From: an uncultured bacterium
Lineage (GTDB): Bacteria; Verrucomicrobiota; Verrucomicrobiia; Limisphaerales; UBA8199
NCBI GenBank assembly: GCA_963749495.1
Contig: CAVVMW010000019.1
Coordinates: forward strand, 32,001-96,000
Reading direction: 5' to 3'
Length of the DNA: 64,000 nt
In this document: positions 51,752-62,417 of the stretch, one piece after another
Position numbering within the stretch: position 1 is the stretch's first letter
Layout of the letters: each line of letters starts with the position of its first letter
Notes under the pieces: generated by a model
Seen by the model: the letters and a program-made list of their open reading frames with translations, nothing else
Told to the model about the DNA's origin: nothing
Database searches by the model: none
Position numbers and translations under genes: made by a program

Positions 51752-52240
51752 ATGTCTAACTCCACTCCACCTTGCCAGCAAATCGCCCCGGATGTGAAAC
51801 TGGGCCGCGGGGTCCGCATCTACGGATTCACCAACCTTTACGGGTGCGAACTCGGAGACGACGTGAGGGTGGGGGCTTTCGTCGAGATTCAAAAGGGAGC
51901 GAAGGTGGGCAACCGCTGCAAGATCTCCAGCCACTCGTTTATCTGCGAAGGCGTGGTGCTGGAGGACGAGGTGTTTGTCGGCCACAATGTCACGTTTATC
52001 AACGACCGCTACCCGCGCGCGACCAACGGCGAGGGCAAGCTCCAGACCGAGTCGGATTGGAAATGCGTGCCTACGCTGGTCAAGCGCGGGGCCTCGATCG
52101 GCTCGGGAGCGACGTTGCTTTGCGGCATCACCATCGGCGAACGCGCTGTGGTGGGGGCGGGGAGCGTGGTCACCAAGGACGTTCCCTCCGGCGCCGTGGT
52201 GGCCGGCAATCCCGCGCGCTTCCTCAAGAAGAAAACTTGA
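51752..52240 (+). CDS. Hexapeptide-repeat N-acetyltransferase (WbpD/WlbB-like)
   Basis: FVEIQKGA, FINDRYPRA, GAGSVVTKDVP, GNPAR. Confidence 0.9.
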   Translation: MSNSTPPCQQIAPDVKLGRGVRIYGFTNLYGCELGDDVRVGAFVEIQKGAKVGNRCKISSHSFICEGVVLEDEVFVGHNVTFINDRYPRATNGEGKLQTESDWKCVPTLVKRGASIGSGATLLCGITIGERAVVGAGSVVTKDVPSGAVVAGNPARFLKKKT

Positions 52241-52250
52241 TTTGAACTTC

Positions 52251-53396
52251 ATGAAAGTGCCATTCCTGGACCTTAAAGCCCATCACCGCCCGCTCCGCGA
52301 GCAACTGGACAGCGCCATTGCGGAGGTCATTGACAGCGCCGCCTTCGCCGGCGGGCCGTTTGTCGCCGCCTTCGAGCGGGATTTCGCAGCGTATTGCGGG
52401 GCGCCGCGCGCCGCCGGCGTCGGCAGCGGCACGGATGCGCTATGGCTGGCGTTGCTGGCCCTGGGCGTGGGCGCGGGGGACGAGGTCATCACGGTCCCCA
52501 GCACCTTCATGGCAACGGCCGAGGCGATCAGTTACTGCGGGGCGCGCCCGGTGTTTGTCGATATTGACGAGAAGACCTATACGCTTGATCCGGGACTGCT
52601 CGAGCAGGCCATTACCGCGAAGACCAAGGCCATCATCCCGGTGCACCTCTTCGGGCAGGTGGCCGATATGGATGCTATCCTCGCGATTGCCGGCCAACAT
52701 GGCATCCCGGTGGTCGAGGACGCCTGCCAGGCGCACGGGGCGCTCTACAAGGGCCGCAGGGCCGGCTCTCTGGGCGCGGCCGGGTGTTTCAGCTTCTATC
52801 CGGGCAAGAACCTGGGCGCCTTTGGTGAAGCCGGGGCGGTTGTGACCAGCGACCCGAAGCTGGACGCCAAGGTCCGCGTGCTGCGCGACCACGGGCAGGC
52901 CAGCAAATACTTCCATTCGCTCGTCGGCTGGAACGCGCGGATGGATGGCATCCAGGGCGCCGTCCTGCGGGTCAAGCTCAAGCAACTGGATTCCGTCAAC
53001 GCCCGGCGCGGGGCGCATGCGCGGCTCTATGATGAGTTGCTGGGCGGGTCCAAAGAGATCGTCACCCCCTTCGTCGCCCCGGACAGCCAGCACGTCTATC
53101 ACATCTACGCCGTGAGGGTGAAGCAGCGCGACCAGGTCCTTCAGGAACTGGCCGAGCAGGGCATCGCCTGCGCCATCCATTACCCGATCCCGGTCCACCT
53201 CCAGGAGGCCTATCGCTGCCTGGGCTACGGCAAGGGCTCGTTCCCGGTGGCCGAACGATGCGCCGAGGAGTTCCTGTCCCTCCCGATGTACCCGGAGTTG
53301 ACCGGCGAACAGATCCGCGCGGTGGCCAAACGGCTCCAGTCCACAGTCCACAGTCCACAGTCCACAGTCCAGAGTCCTTCTTTGATCGCGCATTGA
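52251..53396 (+). CDS. DegT/DnrJ/EryC1/StrS aminotransferase (WbpE/WlbC-like)
   Basis: SGTDAL, PVHLFGQ, EDACQAHGA, FSFYPGKNLG, LSLPMYP. Confidence 0.93.
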   Translation: MKVPFLDLKAHHRPLREQLDSAIAEVIDSAAFAGGPFVAAFERDFAAYCGAPRAAGVGSGTDALWLALLALGVGAGDEVITVPSTFMATAEAISYCGARPVFVDIDEKTYTLDPGLLEQAITAKTKAIIPVHLFGQVADMDAILAIAGQHGIPVVEDACQAHGALYKGRRAGSLGAAGCFSFYPGKNLGAFGEAGAVVTSDPKLDAKVRVLRDHGQASKYFHSLVGWNARMDGIQGAVLRVKLKQLDSVNARRGAHARLYDELLGGSKEIVTPFVAPDSQHVYHIYAVRVKQRDQVLQELAEQGIACAIHYPIPVHLQEAYRCLGYGKGSFPVAERCAEEFLSLPMYPELTGEQIRAVAKRLQSTVHSPQSTVQSPSLIAH

Positions 53397-53426
53397 CTTC
53401 TGTTTGGTTGGTGGGAAGATCAGGCT

Positions 53427-53648
53427 GTGAACGACATTGTGTTCAGGGTTGACGCTTGCCGGGAGACCGGCGCGTTCCTTGCCCGTTGGGACGATCCCAA
53501 GGGCGGGGGTATTACCACCCAGGGTGACACACTAGCTGAATTGCACAATATGATTGCGGACGCCGTGACCGGTTACTTCGAGGCTGGCAAGCATCCCAGG
53601 CAGGTTCGGCTTCACTTCAGCGAGGATCCTATTTTGGCTCTGGCGTGA
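53427..53648 (+). CDS. HicB-like antitoxin
   Basis: ITTQGDTLAELHNMIADAVTGYF..VRLHF; overlaps a HicA-like start (GTGA). Confidence 0.7.
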   Translation: MNDIVFRVDACRETGAFLARWDDPKGGGITTQGDTLAELHNMIADAVTGYFEAGKHPRQVRLHFSEDPILALA

Positions 53649-53690
53649 AACTGCCTCGGGATGTCTCCGGAGCCCTTGTCAATTCTTGCC
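53645..53690 (+). pseudogene. HicA toxin N-terminal stub
   Basis: MKLPRDVSG, then loss of similarity at a 9-mer repeat tract (ttcgtttcc). Confidence 0.55.
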
Positions 53691-53746
53691 TCCCGGAAAT
53701 CCGGTCCTTTGTTTCCTTCGTTTCCTTCTGTAAAAAAGAAGCGAGT

Positions 53747-54841
53747 ATGTCGCCCAGGGTCCAAGCTCCCGTCCTGCCGCCCCAAGCTCCTTCCTGTGTG
53801 CCATCCCAGCCGCCGGGCCCGTTCAACCCGCTCGAGCACCCGGGCTGGGATTCCCTGGTGGCCGCGCACCCGGGAAGCTCGTTCTTTCACGGGGCCGCCT
53901 GGGCGCGCGTGCTGCACGAGACCTACGGACACCAGCCCGTCTATTTCTGCCGCTTCGCCAACGGCCGATTGGAGGAACTCCTGCCGGTCATGGAGGTCTT
54001 CAGCCCGTGCATCGGGCGGCGCGGCGTCTCGCTGCCTTTCACCGACTGTTGCTCTGCCCTCAAGACCGGCGGCCGCAGCATCGGGATGCTCTACGAAGTG
54101 GCGATGGATTATGGCCGGGGACGAAGGTGGCGCTATCTGGAATGCCGGGGCAACGATTCGGACTGGACCGGCACCTCGCCCTCGCTCGGTTTTTACGGGC
54201 ATGAGATCGCCCTGCGCCCCGGCCCGGAGGCCCTCTTCAAAAACTGCGAATCGGCGGTGCGGCGCGGCATCAAGAAGGCGGAGGCGGCGGGCTTGAGCGC
54301 GGAATTCGCGAACAGCCCCGAGTCCATGCGCGCCTTCTATGCGCTGCACTGCCGGACCCGCCGCCGGCACGGCGTGCCCCCGCAGCCGTTCCGGTTCTTC
54401 GAGAACATCCAGCGGCACGCGCTGGCCCAGGGCTTGGGCGGGGTCGAGGTCGTGCGGTTCGAGGGCCGGGCAGTGGCGGCGGCGGTTTTCTTCCACAGCG
54501 GCTCGCGCGTCCACTACAAGTTCGGCGCCTCCGACCTCGATTTTCAACCCGTGCGGCCCAACAACCTCCTGATGTGGGAGGCCATCAAGCGGTATGCGGC
54601 GGCGGGGTTCGAGACCCTGCACCTGGGCCGGACCAGCCTCGCCAACGAGGGCCTGCGGCGTTTCAAGCTCGGCTTCGGGGCCGTCGAGGAGCGCATCGAA
54701 TACAGCAAATACGATTTCCGCAAACGCCGCTTTGTCGAAGACACAGACCGCGCCGAAGGCCCGCTGAATAACCTCTTCCGCTGGCTCCCCCTCCCGCTCC
54801 TCCGCTTCGCCGGCCAGGCCCTCTACCCGCACCTCTCTTGA
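53747..54841 (+). CDS. GNAT/FemAB-like acyltransferase associated with polysaccharide loci
   Basis: SLPFTD, RRGIKKA, HGVPPQP, YKFGASD, NNLLMWEAI, GLRRFKLGFG. Confidence 0.88.
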   Translation: MSPRVQAPVLPPQAPSCVPSQPPGPFNPLEHPGWDSLVAAHPGSSFFHGAAWARVLHETYGHQPVYFCRFANGRLEELLPVMEVFSPCIGRRGVSLPFTDCCSALKTGGRSIGMLYEVAMDYGRGRRWRYLECRGNDSDWTGTSPSLGFYGHEIALRPGPEALFKNCESAVRRGIKKAEAAGLSAEFANSPESMRAFYALHCRTRRRHGVPPQPFRFFENIQRHALAQGLGGVEVVRFEGRAVAAAVFFHSGSRVHYKFGASDLDFQPVRPNNLLMWEAIKRYAAAGFETLHLGRTSLANEGLRRFKLGFGAVEERIEYSKYDFRKRRFVEDTDRAEGPLNNLFRWLPLPLLRFAGQALYPHLS

Positions 54842-54843
54842 GA

Positions 54844-55016
54844 GCGGAGTGCGGAGTGCGGAGTGCGGAGTGAGCACCCCCGCCACGCAGCCTGTAACCC
54901 CGAAACATGCCATATCCGTGGAGGGGAAAAGCCCCTCTGTTCCTTAGCCTTTCGTCATTCGTCATTCGTCATTCGTCATTTGTAGCTCCGCACTCCGCAT
55001 TCCGCACTCCGCACTC
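54844..55016. repeat. Heptamer arrays (GCGGAGT)4 ... (TTCGTCA)4 ... (CTCCGCA)4 forming a long hairpin
   Basis: Read directly, in the intergenic region before the wzc-like gene. Confidence 0.92.
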
Positions 55017-55040
55017 AAACGTTCCGCCTTTAGCCTTTCT

Positions 55041-57357
55041 ATGTCCCCTCCCCCCGCCCCTCCCGCCCCTCCCGCAGGCATAAGCCTGGGAGACATCCTG
55101 TACATCCTCTTCCGGCATAAGTGGAAGATCATGCTCGGCTGTGTCTTGGCGGTTATCGCAGCCGTTTGTGTTCCTCACGTCTGGCCCGCCCTGTATCAGT
55201 CCCAAGCCCGGCTCTATATCCGCTACGTGCTGGACACCATGAGTCCCAGCCAGGTCGGCGACAATGACTCCCGCATCCGGTCGCCGGACGCGCGCGGAAA
55301 CAGCATTCTTCAGACGGAGTTGGAGATTCTCACCAGCCGGGACCTGGCGCAGCAGGTTGCCGATGTGGTCGGGCCAGAGAATCCTGGGCAAGGCCGCGGC
55401 CACGAACCCCCCGGCGAACAACCGCCTCGCAGCCGCCGCCCTCATCCAGAACAGGCTCATGGCCGAGGTGCCCAAGGACAGCAGCGTTGTCCGGTTAACT
55501 TTTCAGCACTCGGATCCGGGGGTAGTGCAGCCCGTTCTCAAGCAGTTGATCGATTCTTATTTCAAAAAGCATGCCCAAATCCATGCCGTCGGCGCATTCG
55601 ACGAGTTCCTGACGCAGGAGACCGACCAACGCCGTTCGCAAGTTGCCCAGATCGCGGCCGATTTGCGGAAAGCCAAGGCCAAAGTGGGCGTCATCTCCCT
55701 CGAAGACAGGAAGCGCTTTTTTAGCGAGGAAATCGGTTGCCTTGAACGGGCGGCATCTGATGCCGAAGTCCAGTTGGCCGAGCAGCGTACCGCGGTCGGT
55801 GAACTGGCCAAATCTCTGCGCGTGCCCTCCATGGTTCTGACCAACCAGCAGGTGGCCACGAATTACGCCGACGCTGTGCCCCCCGAAAAAGTGAGTGAAT
55901 ATCGGCATGTCTGCTTGCTGCTGGACGCGCTGGAGCGGAGCCGGCAGGAATTGCTGTTGACTTATACCCCGTCCGTCTCATACGTGCGCGAGGTTGGGGC
56001 GCGGCTCGAGACCAACGAACAACTCAAACGCACACTCGAAAAGGCCAACCCCGGTCTTCTGGCGGTGCGCGTCACTCAGCCCAATGCCGTTGCGGGCGGC
56101 CTGGCCGCCGACCCGAGTGGGGCCTTGAACGCCGAAATGGGCCGGGTCAGCGCCTTGGAATCCAGGATCAAGACGCTCAATGCGCAACTGGATGACATTC
56201 GCAAGAAAGCCGCGGCCCTCAACGAGGAGGAAGGGCCGATTACGGATTTGCAGCGCCGGCTCTCAATCGAAGAGACCAATTACTCGAGGTTCTCGCAGAG
56301 CCTGGAACAGTCGCGTCTGGACGAGAGGCTCGGCGTCGGAAAAGTCTCCAACATCAGCACCATCCAGGAGCCGACCCCGCCAACAACGGCGCCTTCCAGA
56401 CTGATGAAGATCATGGCCGTGGTGCTCTTGGGCGGCATCGCGGCTGCATTCGGCCTGGCCTTCGCCCTCGAGCTCTACCTGGACCCGTCCGTCAAGCGCC
56501 CGATCGAGATCGAAAACCGGCTTCATTTGCCGTTGTTCCTTTCCATCCCGCGCCTGCACCTCAACGGTGCGGTCAGCCGGCACGCCCTGGGGACCGCTCG
56601 CGCTCCCCTGTTGGCTGAAGGGATCGGGGCAGGAGATGCAGGCCGGGAGCCGGAGGCTGCGAGTCACGACCCCGCGCTGGACGCTCCACCCTCGATGCTC
56701 GACGCTCCTCGCTCCACGCCTCCCTGGGACGCTCGCCACGAGCTCCGGCTCTTCCACGATGCCCTGCGCGACCGTCTGATCACGTATTTCGACCTGAAGA
56801 ACCTTACCCACAAGCCCAAGCTGGTGGCGCTGACAAGCTGCGGGGAGGGTGCCGGGGTGACAACGATTGCGGCCGGCTTGGCGGCTTCGCTTTCCGAGAC
56901 CGGCGAGGGCAAAGTGTTGCTGGTCGATATGAATGACCGGGGTTCGGCGCACCCCTTTTACCGGGGCAACCCGGCGTGCGGGCTGGAGGACGTTCTCGAG
57001 CCGGACAAGCGCGACACGGCCCTGGTGCAGGAAAGACTATACGTGGTCACGGAAAACCAGAACGGCGACAAGCTCCCGCGCTCCCTGCCCAAGCACTTCC
57101 AGCACCTGGCGCCCAAGCTCAAGGCCAGCGACTACGACTACATCATCTTCGACATGCCGCCGATCAGCCAGGTCAGTGTCACTTCGAAGCTGGCCCGGTT
57201 TATGGACATCGCGCTGGTTGTGGTCGAAGCCGAGGAGACCGACCGCGAGGCCGTCAAACGGGCCAGCTCCTTCCTGGCCCAGTCCGGCGCCAATGTCGGC
57301 GTTGTCCTGAACAAGACGCGCAGTTACGGCCTTAAGCGCCTCCACCAGGAGCTCTGA
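55041..57357 (+). CDS. wzc: Wzc/GumC-like polysaccharide co-polymerase with degenerate BY-kinase domain (frameshift near 55372)
   Basis: DILYILFRHKWKI transmembrane segment, coiled-coil, second TM, TSCGEGAGVTT, VLLVD, YIIFDMPP, GVVLN. Confidence 0.82.
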
Positions 57358-57407
57358 CTTTCCCTGTCCCGACTCCTGTAGTCCCGTGGTCCCCTAATCC
57401 CTCTTCG

Positions 57408-60400
57408 ATGCTGCGCAACCGCCTTTATTACGGTCTCAAGCCCCTGCTCCCCTGGTCGGTTTCGAATGGGCGTCCGCCGCTGGCTCGCGCAGAGAAAGCG
57501 CGAGCGGGTCAGAGACATCTGGCCCATTCTCCCTGGTTCCGAGCGCCCGCCCGAGGGCTGGCCCGGCTGGCCCGAGGGCAAGCAATTCGCCCTGGTCCTC
57601 ACCCACGATGTCGAAGGCCAGGCCGGCCTGGACAAGTGCCGCCAACTCATGGAACTCGAGATGAAACTCGGCTTCCGCTCCTGCTTCAATTTCATCCCGG
57701 AAGGCGGACAATACACCGCCTCCAAAGAATTGCGCGAGGAATTGGCCGCCAACGGCTTCGAGGTCGGCGTCCACGACCTCTGCCACGACGGCAAGCTCTT
57801 CCTGACCCGACGCGAGTTCAGGCGCAACGCCCCCAAGATCAACCAGTATCTCAAGGACTGGAAAGCCATCGGCTTCCGCGCCGGCTTCATGCTTCACAAT
57901 CTCGAGTGGATTCACGACCTCAACGTCCAATACGACACCTCGACCTTCGACACCGACCCGTTCGAGCCGCAGCCGCAGGGTCAAAGAACGATCTTCCCCT
58001 TCTGGGTCTCACGAAGTGCGGAGTGCGGAGTGCGGGGTGCGGAATGCGACGCCTTCGGCTCTCCACCCTTTGCGTGTCCGCCCCCGCCTCCGCACTGCGC
58101 GCTCCGCGGTCCCGCGGCTCTGGATTCCTCACTCCGCATTCCCCATTCCTCACTCCGCACTTCAGAGCCTCCGTCCTCCGTCTTCCCGACTGTGGACCGT
58201 GGACTGCCCGTCCTCCGCAGTAGCTCTGCTACGGAGGGTGGATGGACCGTGGACTGTCCGCCCGGCTACGTGGAATTGCCCTACACCCTCCCCCAGGACT
58301 CAACGCTTTTCCTGACGCTTGGCGAGCGGCACCCGGATATTCGGTTCCAAAAGCTTGACTGGGTCGCCAAGCACGGCGGCATGGCCCTGGTGAACGTGCA
58401 CCCGGACTACCTCCGGTTTGAGCATGAAGCCAATTCCGCGGTGACCTACCCGGTCGAGCTGTATGCGCGTTTCCTGGGTTACGCTCGCCAGAGGTACGGT
58501 GGTTCGTTCTGGCAGGTCAACCCCGCCGAACTTGCGAGGTGGTATAGGGGGACTCTCGATATAGAGAGGCCCAGGCCGAAGCCCGTCACTCACGGCGGGC
58601 GTTTCGGCGAAACCTGGCAGGAGCAAGACTGCCCCCCCTCGGATCGAGGTGTGCTGGCGGGAAAGCGCGCCGCTGTCGTGCTCTACTCCGACTACGCAAC
58701 GGACCCACGGCCCAGGCGTGAGACGGAGGCGATGGCCCGTGCGGGAATGGAAGTCGATGTTTTTTGCCTGTGCAGGGACGCGAGCCAGCCGTTGCGTGAG
58801 CGCATTGATGGAGTCAACATCTTTCGCGTGCCGATGAAGCATCGCCGCGAGGGCAAGCTGACGTATTGCGTGCAATACGCGCGCTTTCTGCTCAGATCCC
58901 TGGAATTCGTCTCCCGGCGCACACTCATGCGGCGCTACCAGCTCGTGCACGTGCACAACATGCCGGATGTGCTGGTCTTCAGCGCGCTCCTGGCGCGCTC
59001 TCTCGGCGCCAAGGTCCTCCTCGACTTGCACGATCCGATGCCCGAGCTCATGCAGAGCATATTTTCTCTGCCTGAGAGCCACCGCCAGGTCCGGCTTCTA
59101 AAAATGCTGGAGAAGGTTAGCATCGCCTTCGCCCATCGGGTCGTCACACCCAATTCCGCCTTCAAAGAGCGGTTCGCTTCCCGCAGCTGCGCGGCCGAGA
59201 AGATCGAAATCGTGATGAACTCACCACAGCGGGACATCTTCCATGCGGACGAGTTCCCGCCGCCGCAAGCGCCGTCGGCCGAGCGGGAATTTGTTTTGAT
59301 GTACCATGGCCTGCTCGTCGAGCGCCATGGACTCGATTTGGCCGTCCGGGCCATCGCCAAATTGCGCGACCGCCTCCCGAGATTGAAACTGCTCCTTTAT
59401 GGCGACCCCACCCCCTACATGGCGGAGGTGCTGCGATTGGGGCAAACCCTGAATTTGGAAAACGCGATCGAGTTCCATGGATTCAAGCCACAGGCTGAGA
59501 TCGCCGAAGCAATCAAAGGCATCAACCTGGGCATCATTCCCAACCGCCTGAATGAGTTCACTGCGATTAACTTGCCGACGCGGATTTTCGAATACCTGGC
59601 CATGAAGAGGCCGGTGATCGTTCCGCGGACAAAAGGGATTCGGGACTATTTTGCGGAAGACTCCCTTATCTTCTTCGAACCGGGAGACGTTGACGACCTA
59701 GCCCGAAAGATTGAATGGGCTTGTCTGCACCCGGCTGAGGTCCGAACCACCCTTGAGAAGGGTCTTGCTGTTTACCGGAAGTGCCAGTGGGAACTGGAGG
59801 AGGCGAAGCTGCTCGGCATCCTCGCCGGCCTGCTGGCGCCGACGCACGACAGGCGCCACGGTGTCCCGGTGATCGCCCGCCTCAGGCGCATCTGCATGGT
59901 GACCTACTCCTATTACCAAACTGACAACCGCGTGATGCGCTACTCGGAAGAACTCGCCCGCCGAGGCGACACGGTTAACGTCCTCGCCATCAAGAACGAC
60001 CCGAGCCAGGCGCACACGGAGATGATAGGTCAAGTGAGGGTTAGCCGGATTCAGTGCCGGCAGCGCAAGGACGAGAGCACCAGGGCCGCCTACCTGCTGC
60101 CCACCCTGAGGTTCCTGATCGCCGCCTCGGCGCGCCTGGCCTGGCGGCAGATCCGGCGGCCCTATGACCTGGTCCACGTGCACAACGTCCCGGACTTCCT
60201 GGTCTTCGCCGCCTGGCTCCCGAAGCTCGCCGGCGCCAAGGTCATCCTGGACATCCACGACATTTTGCCGGAGTTGTACGCGAGCAAGTTCAAATCTGTC
60301 ACGGGCAGTGTGTGGACGAACACGCTGAAACTGGTGGAACGCATGTCCGCCCGGTTCGCCGACCACGTCATCATTTCCAACGACCTGTGGCGGGACAAAT

Positions 60401-61125
60401 ACACCGCCCGGACGGGGGTGGGCGGGCGCTGCAGTGTTTTCATCAACAACGTGGACGCTGCCGTCTTCTGGCCGCGCGCCCGCACACGCGATGACGGCAA
60501 GCTCATCGTCCTTTTCCCGGGCGGCCTGCAGTGGCACCAGGGCCTGGACATCGGCATCCGCGCCTTTAAGCGAGTCGCTGCCGAACTGCCCAATGCCGAG
60601 TTTCACATTTACGGCGATGGCATTATGAAAGGGCAACTCATGGCCTTGACCCGGGAGCTTGGGCTGGAGCCGAAGGTCCGCTTCTTCAAGCCGCTGCCCG
60701 TGCACCAGATCGCGGAAATCATGGCCAACGCGGACCTCGGGGTTGTCCCCAAGCGCGCCGATTCGTTCGGCAACGAGGCCTACAGCACCAAGATCATGGA
60801 ATTCATGGCCGTGGGCGTTCCAGTCGTCGTGTCGAACACGAAAATCGATCGGTTTTACTTCGACAACTCAGTCGTCCGGTTTTTCGAGTCCGGCAATGAC
60901 AATGCCTTGGCGGAAGCGATGATTGAGCTGCTGCGGGACGAGGATTTGCGGTGGCGAATTGCCGCAAGAGGCCTGGATTATGCCGCCCGGAACAGTTGGA
61001 CCAACCACAAACACCGCTACCTCGCCCTCGTCGATTCCCTTATCGAAGGCAGGCCGCCCGTTCCGCCTGACAACGCCCCGCCCGCCCAGGCCTGCTCCGC
61101 CACGAACCCAGCGACACCGAGTTGA
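57408..61125 (+). CDS. Fusion of a polysaccharide deacetylase-like domain and two GT4 glycosyltransferases (frameshift near 57460; in-frame repeat insertion 58010-58260)
   Basis: LTHDVE..EVGVH..GFR..ELPYTLPQD..HPDY; two D.R..HVHN.PD..LD.HD..PE..T(R/K)I.E..A units. Confidence 0.85.
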
Positions 61126-61385
61126 ACACCCCAAACACGCAGCTCAAGACCCCGCGAGCCGAAGAGCCCGAACTCGTGTCCAAGGAGCAGGGCGCCGCCT
61201 CCAGGAACGTTGACCGCTTGCCGATTTAACCGCAGAGAACGCAAAGAACGCAGAGAACACCGCGGAAGACGCAGAACACACGGAAAATCTCCGACCTCCG
61301 GCTCCATCCCTCGACACTCGATACTCGACTGTGGACTGTGGACTCTGGACTCTCCCTTCAGCCTTTAGCCTTTGGCCTTTCGACC

Positions 61386-62417
61386 TTGCGCCTCGACCGC
61401 TCCATCACCCTGAAGCTCGTCCAGCCCGTCCGCCGTGCCTTGGGTACCGCCCGGTCCCTCGCCCTTCGCCCCTCGTCCCTCGGCTGCTGGCCCGTTCCTA
61501 TCCTGATGTATCACAGCATTTCGGACGACCCCGAGCCCGGCGTTTCCCCCTACTACAAACTCAACACCAGCCCGGCCGTCTTCCGCCAGCAGATGCAGTT
61601 CCTGGCCGACCACGGCTGCCGAACAATCAGTCTGGACGAACTCGTTGGAGGATTGGCCATTCCGCACTCCGCACTCCGCACTCCGCACTTGACGGTTCTC
61701 ACCTTCGACGACGGCTTCCGCGACTTTTACACCCAGGCCTTCCCGGTCCTCCAGCAGTACCGCTTCACCGCCACCGTCTTCCTCCCCACCGCCTTTATCG
61801 GCGACACGCCGCGTTGCTTCGCTCCAGGGTCCGCGCTTCACGTTTCACGTTTCACGTTTCACGTTTCACGCCCCTCGGCGCCTCGCGAGTGCCTTACCTG
61901 GTCCGAGGCCCGCGAACTGCACAAATCAGGCATTTCCTTCGGCTCACACACCGTTCACCATCCGAAGCTGGTCGAGCTCCCTTGGCCCAACGTCAGTTCT
62001 GAAATCTCCGATTCAAAATCTGAAATCGAACACCAGCTGGGCGCCCCAGTCACCGCCTTTTCTTACCCCTATGCCTTTCCGCGGGCGGACAAAGCGTTTA
62101 CGACAGCTTTCGAGGACCTGCTGGCCAAGACTGGCTACACCTCTTGCGCTACGACTGAACTTGGTCGCGTCCACGCTCACGACGACCCTCTTCGCCTAAG
62201 ACGGCTCCCCGTCAACAGTTTGGACGATGCCTGCCTGCTGGCGGCCAAACTCGACGGCAGTTACGATTGGCTGGCCCGCCCGCAGGCCGCCATCAAAAAG
62301 CTCACAAACAGGCTAACCGACTGGAGAAGGGGCCGAAACGTTGAAGTAGACGCCTCTAAGAGCCTGGAGGCCTATGCCCGGCCACAAGAAAATACGTTGA
62401 ATAAGCTTCATGGCTAA
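61386..62417 (+). CDS. Polysaccharide deacetylase (NodB-like) with in-frame heptamer insertions
   Basis: PILMYHSI, LTFDDG, FGSHT..H, FSYPY; TTG start inferred. Confidence 0.88.
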   Translation: MRLDRSITLKLVQPVRRALGTARSLALRPSSLGCWPVPILMYHSISDDPEPGVSPYYKLNTSPAVFRQQMQFLADHGCRTISLDELVGGLAIPHSALRTPHLTVLTFDDGFRDFYTQAFPVLQQYRFTATVFLPTAFIGDTPRCFAPGSALHVSRFTFHVSRPSAPRECLTWSEARELHKSGISFGSHTVHHPKLVELPWPNVSSEISDSKSEIEHQLGAPVTAFSYPYAFPRADKAFTTAFEDLLAKTGYTSCATTELGRVHAHDDPLRLRRLPVNSLDDACLLAAKLDGSYDWLARPQAAIKKLTNRLTDWRRGRNVEVDASKSLEAYARPQENTLNKLHG

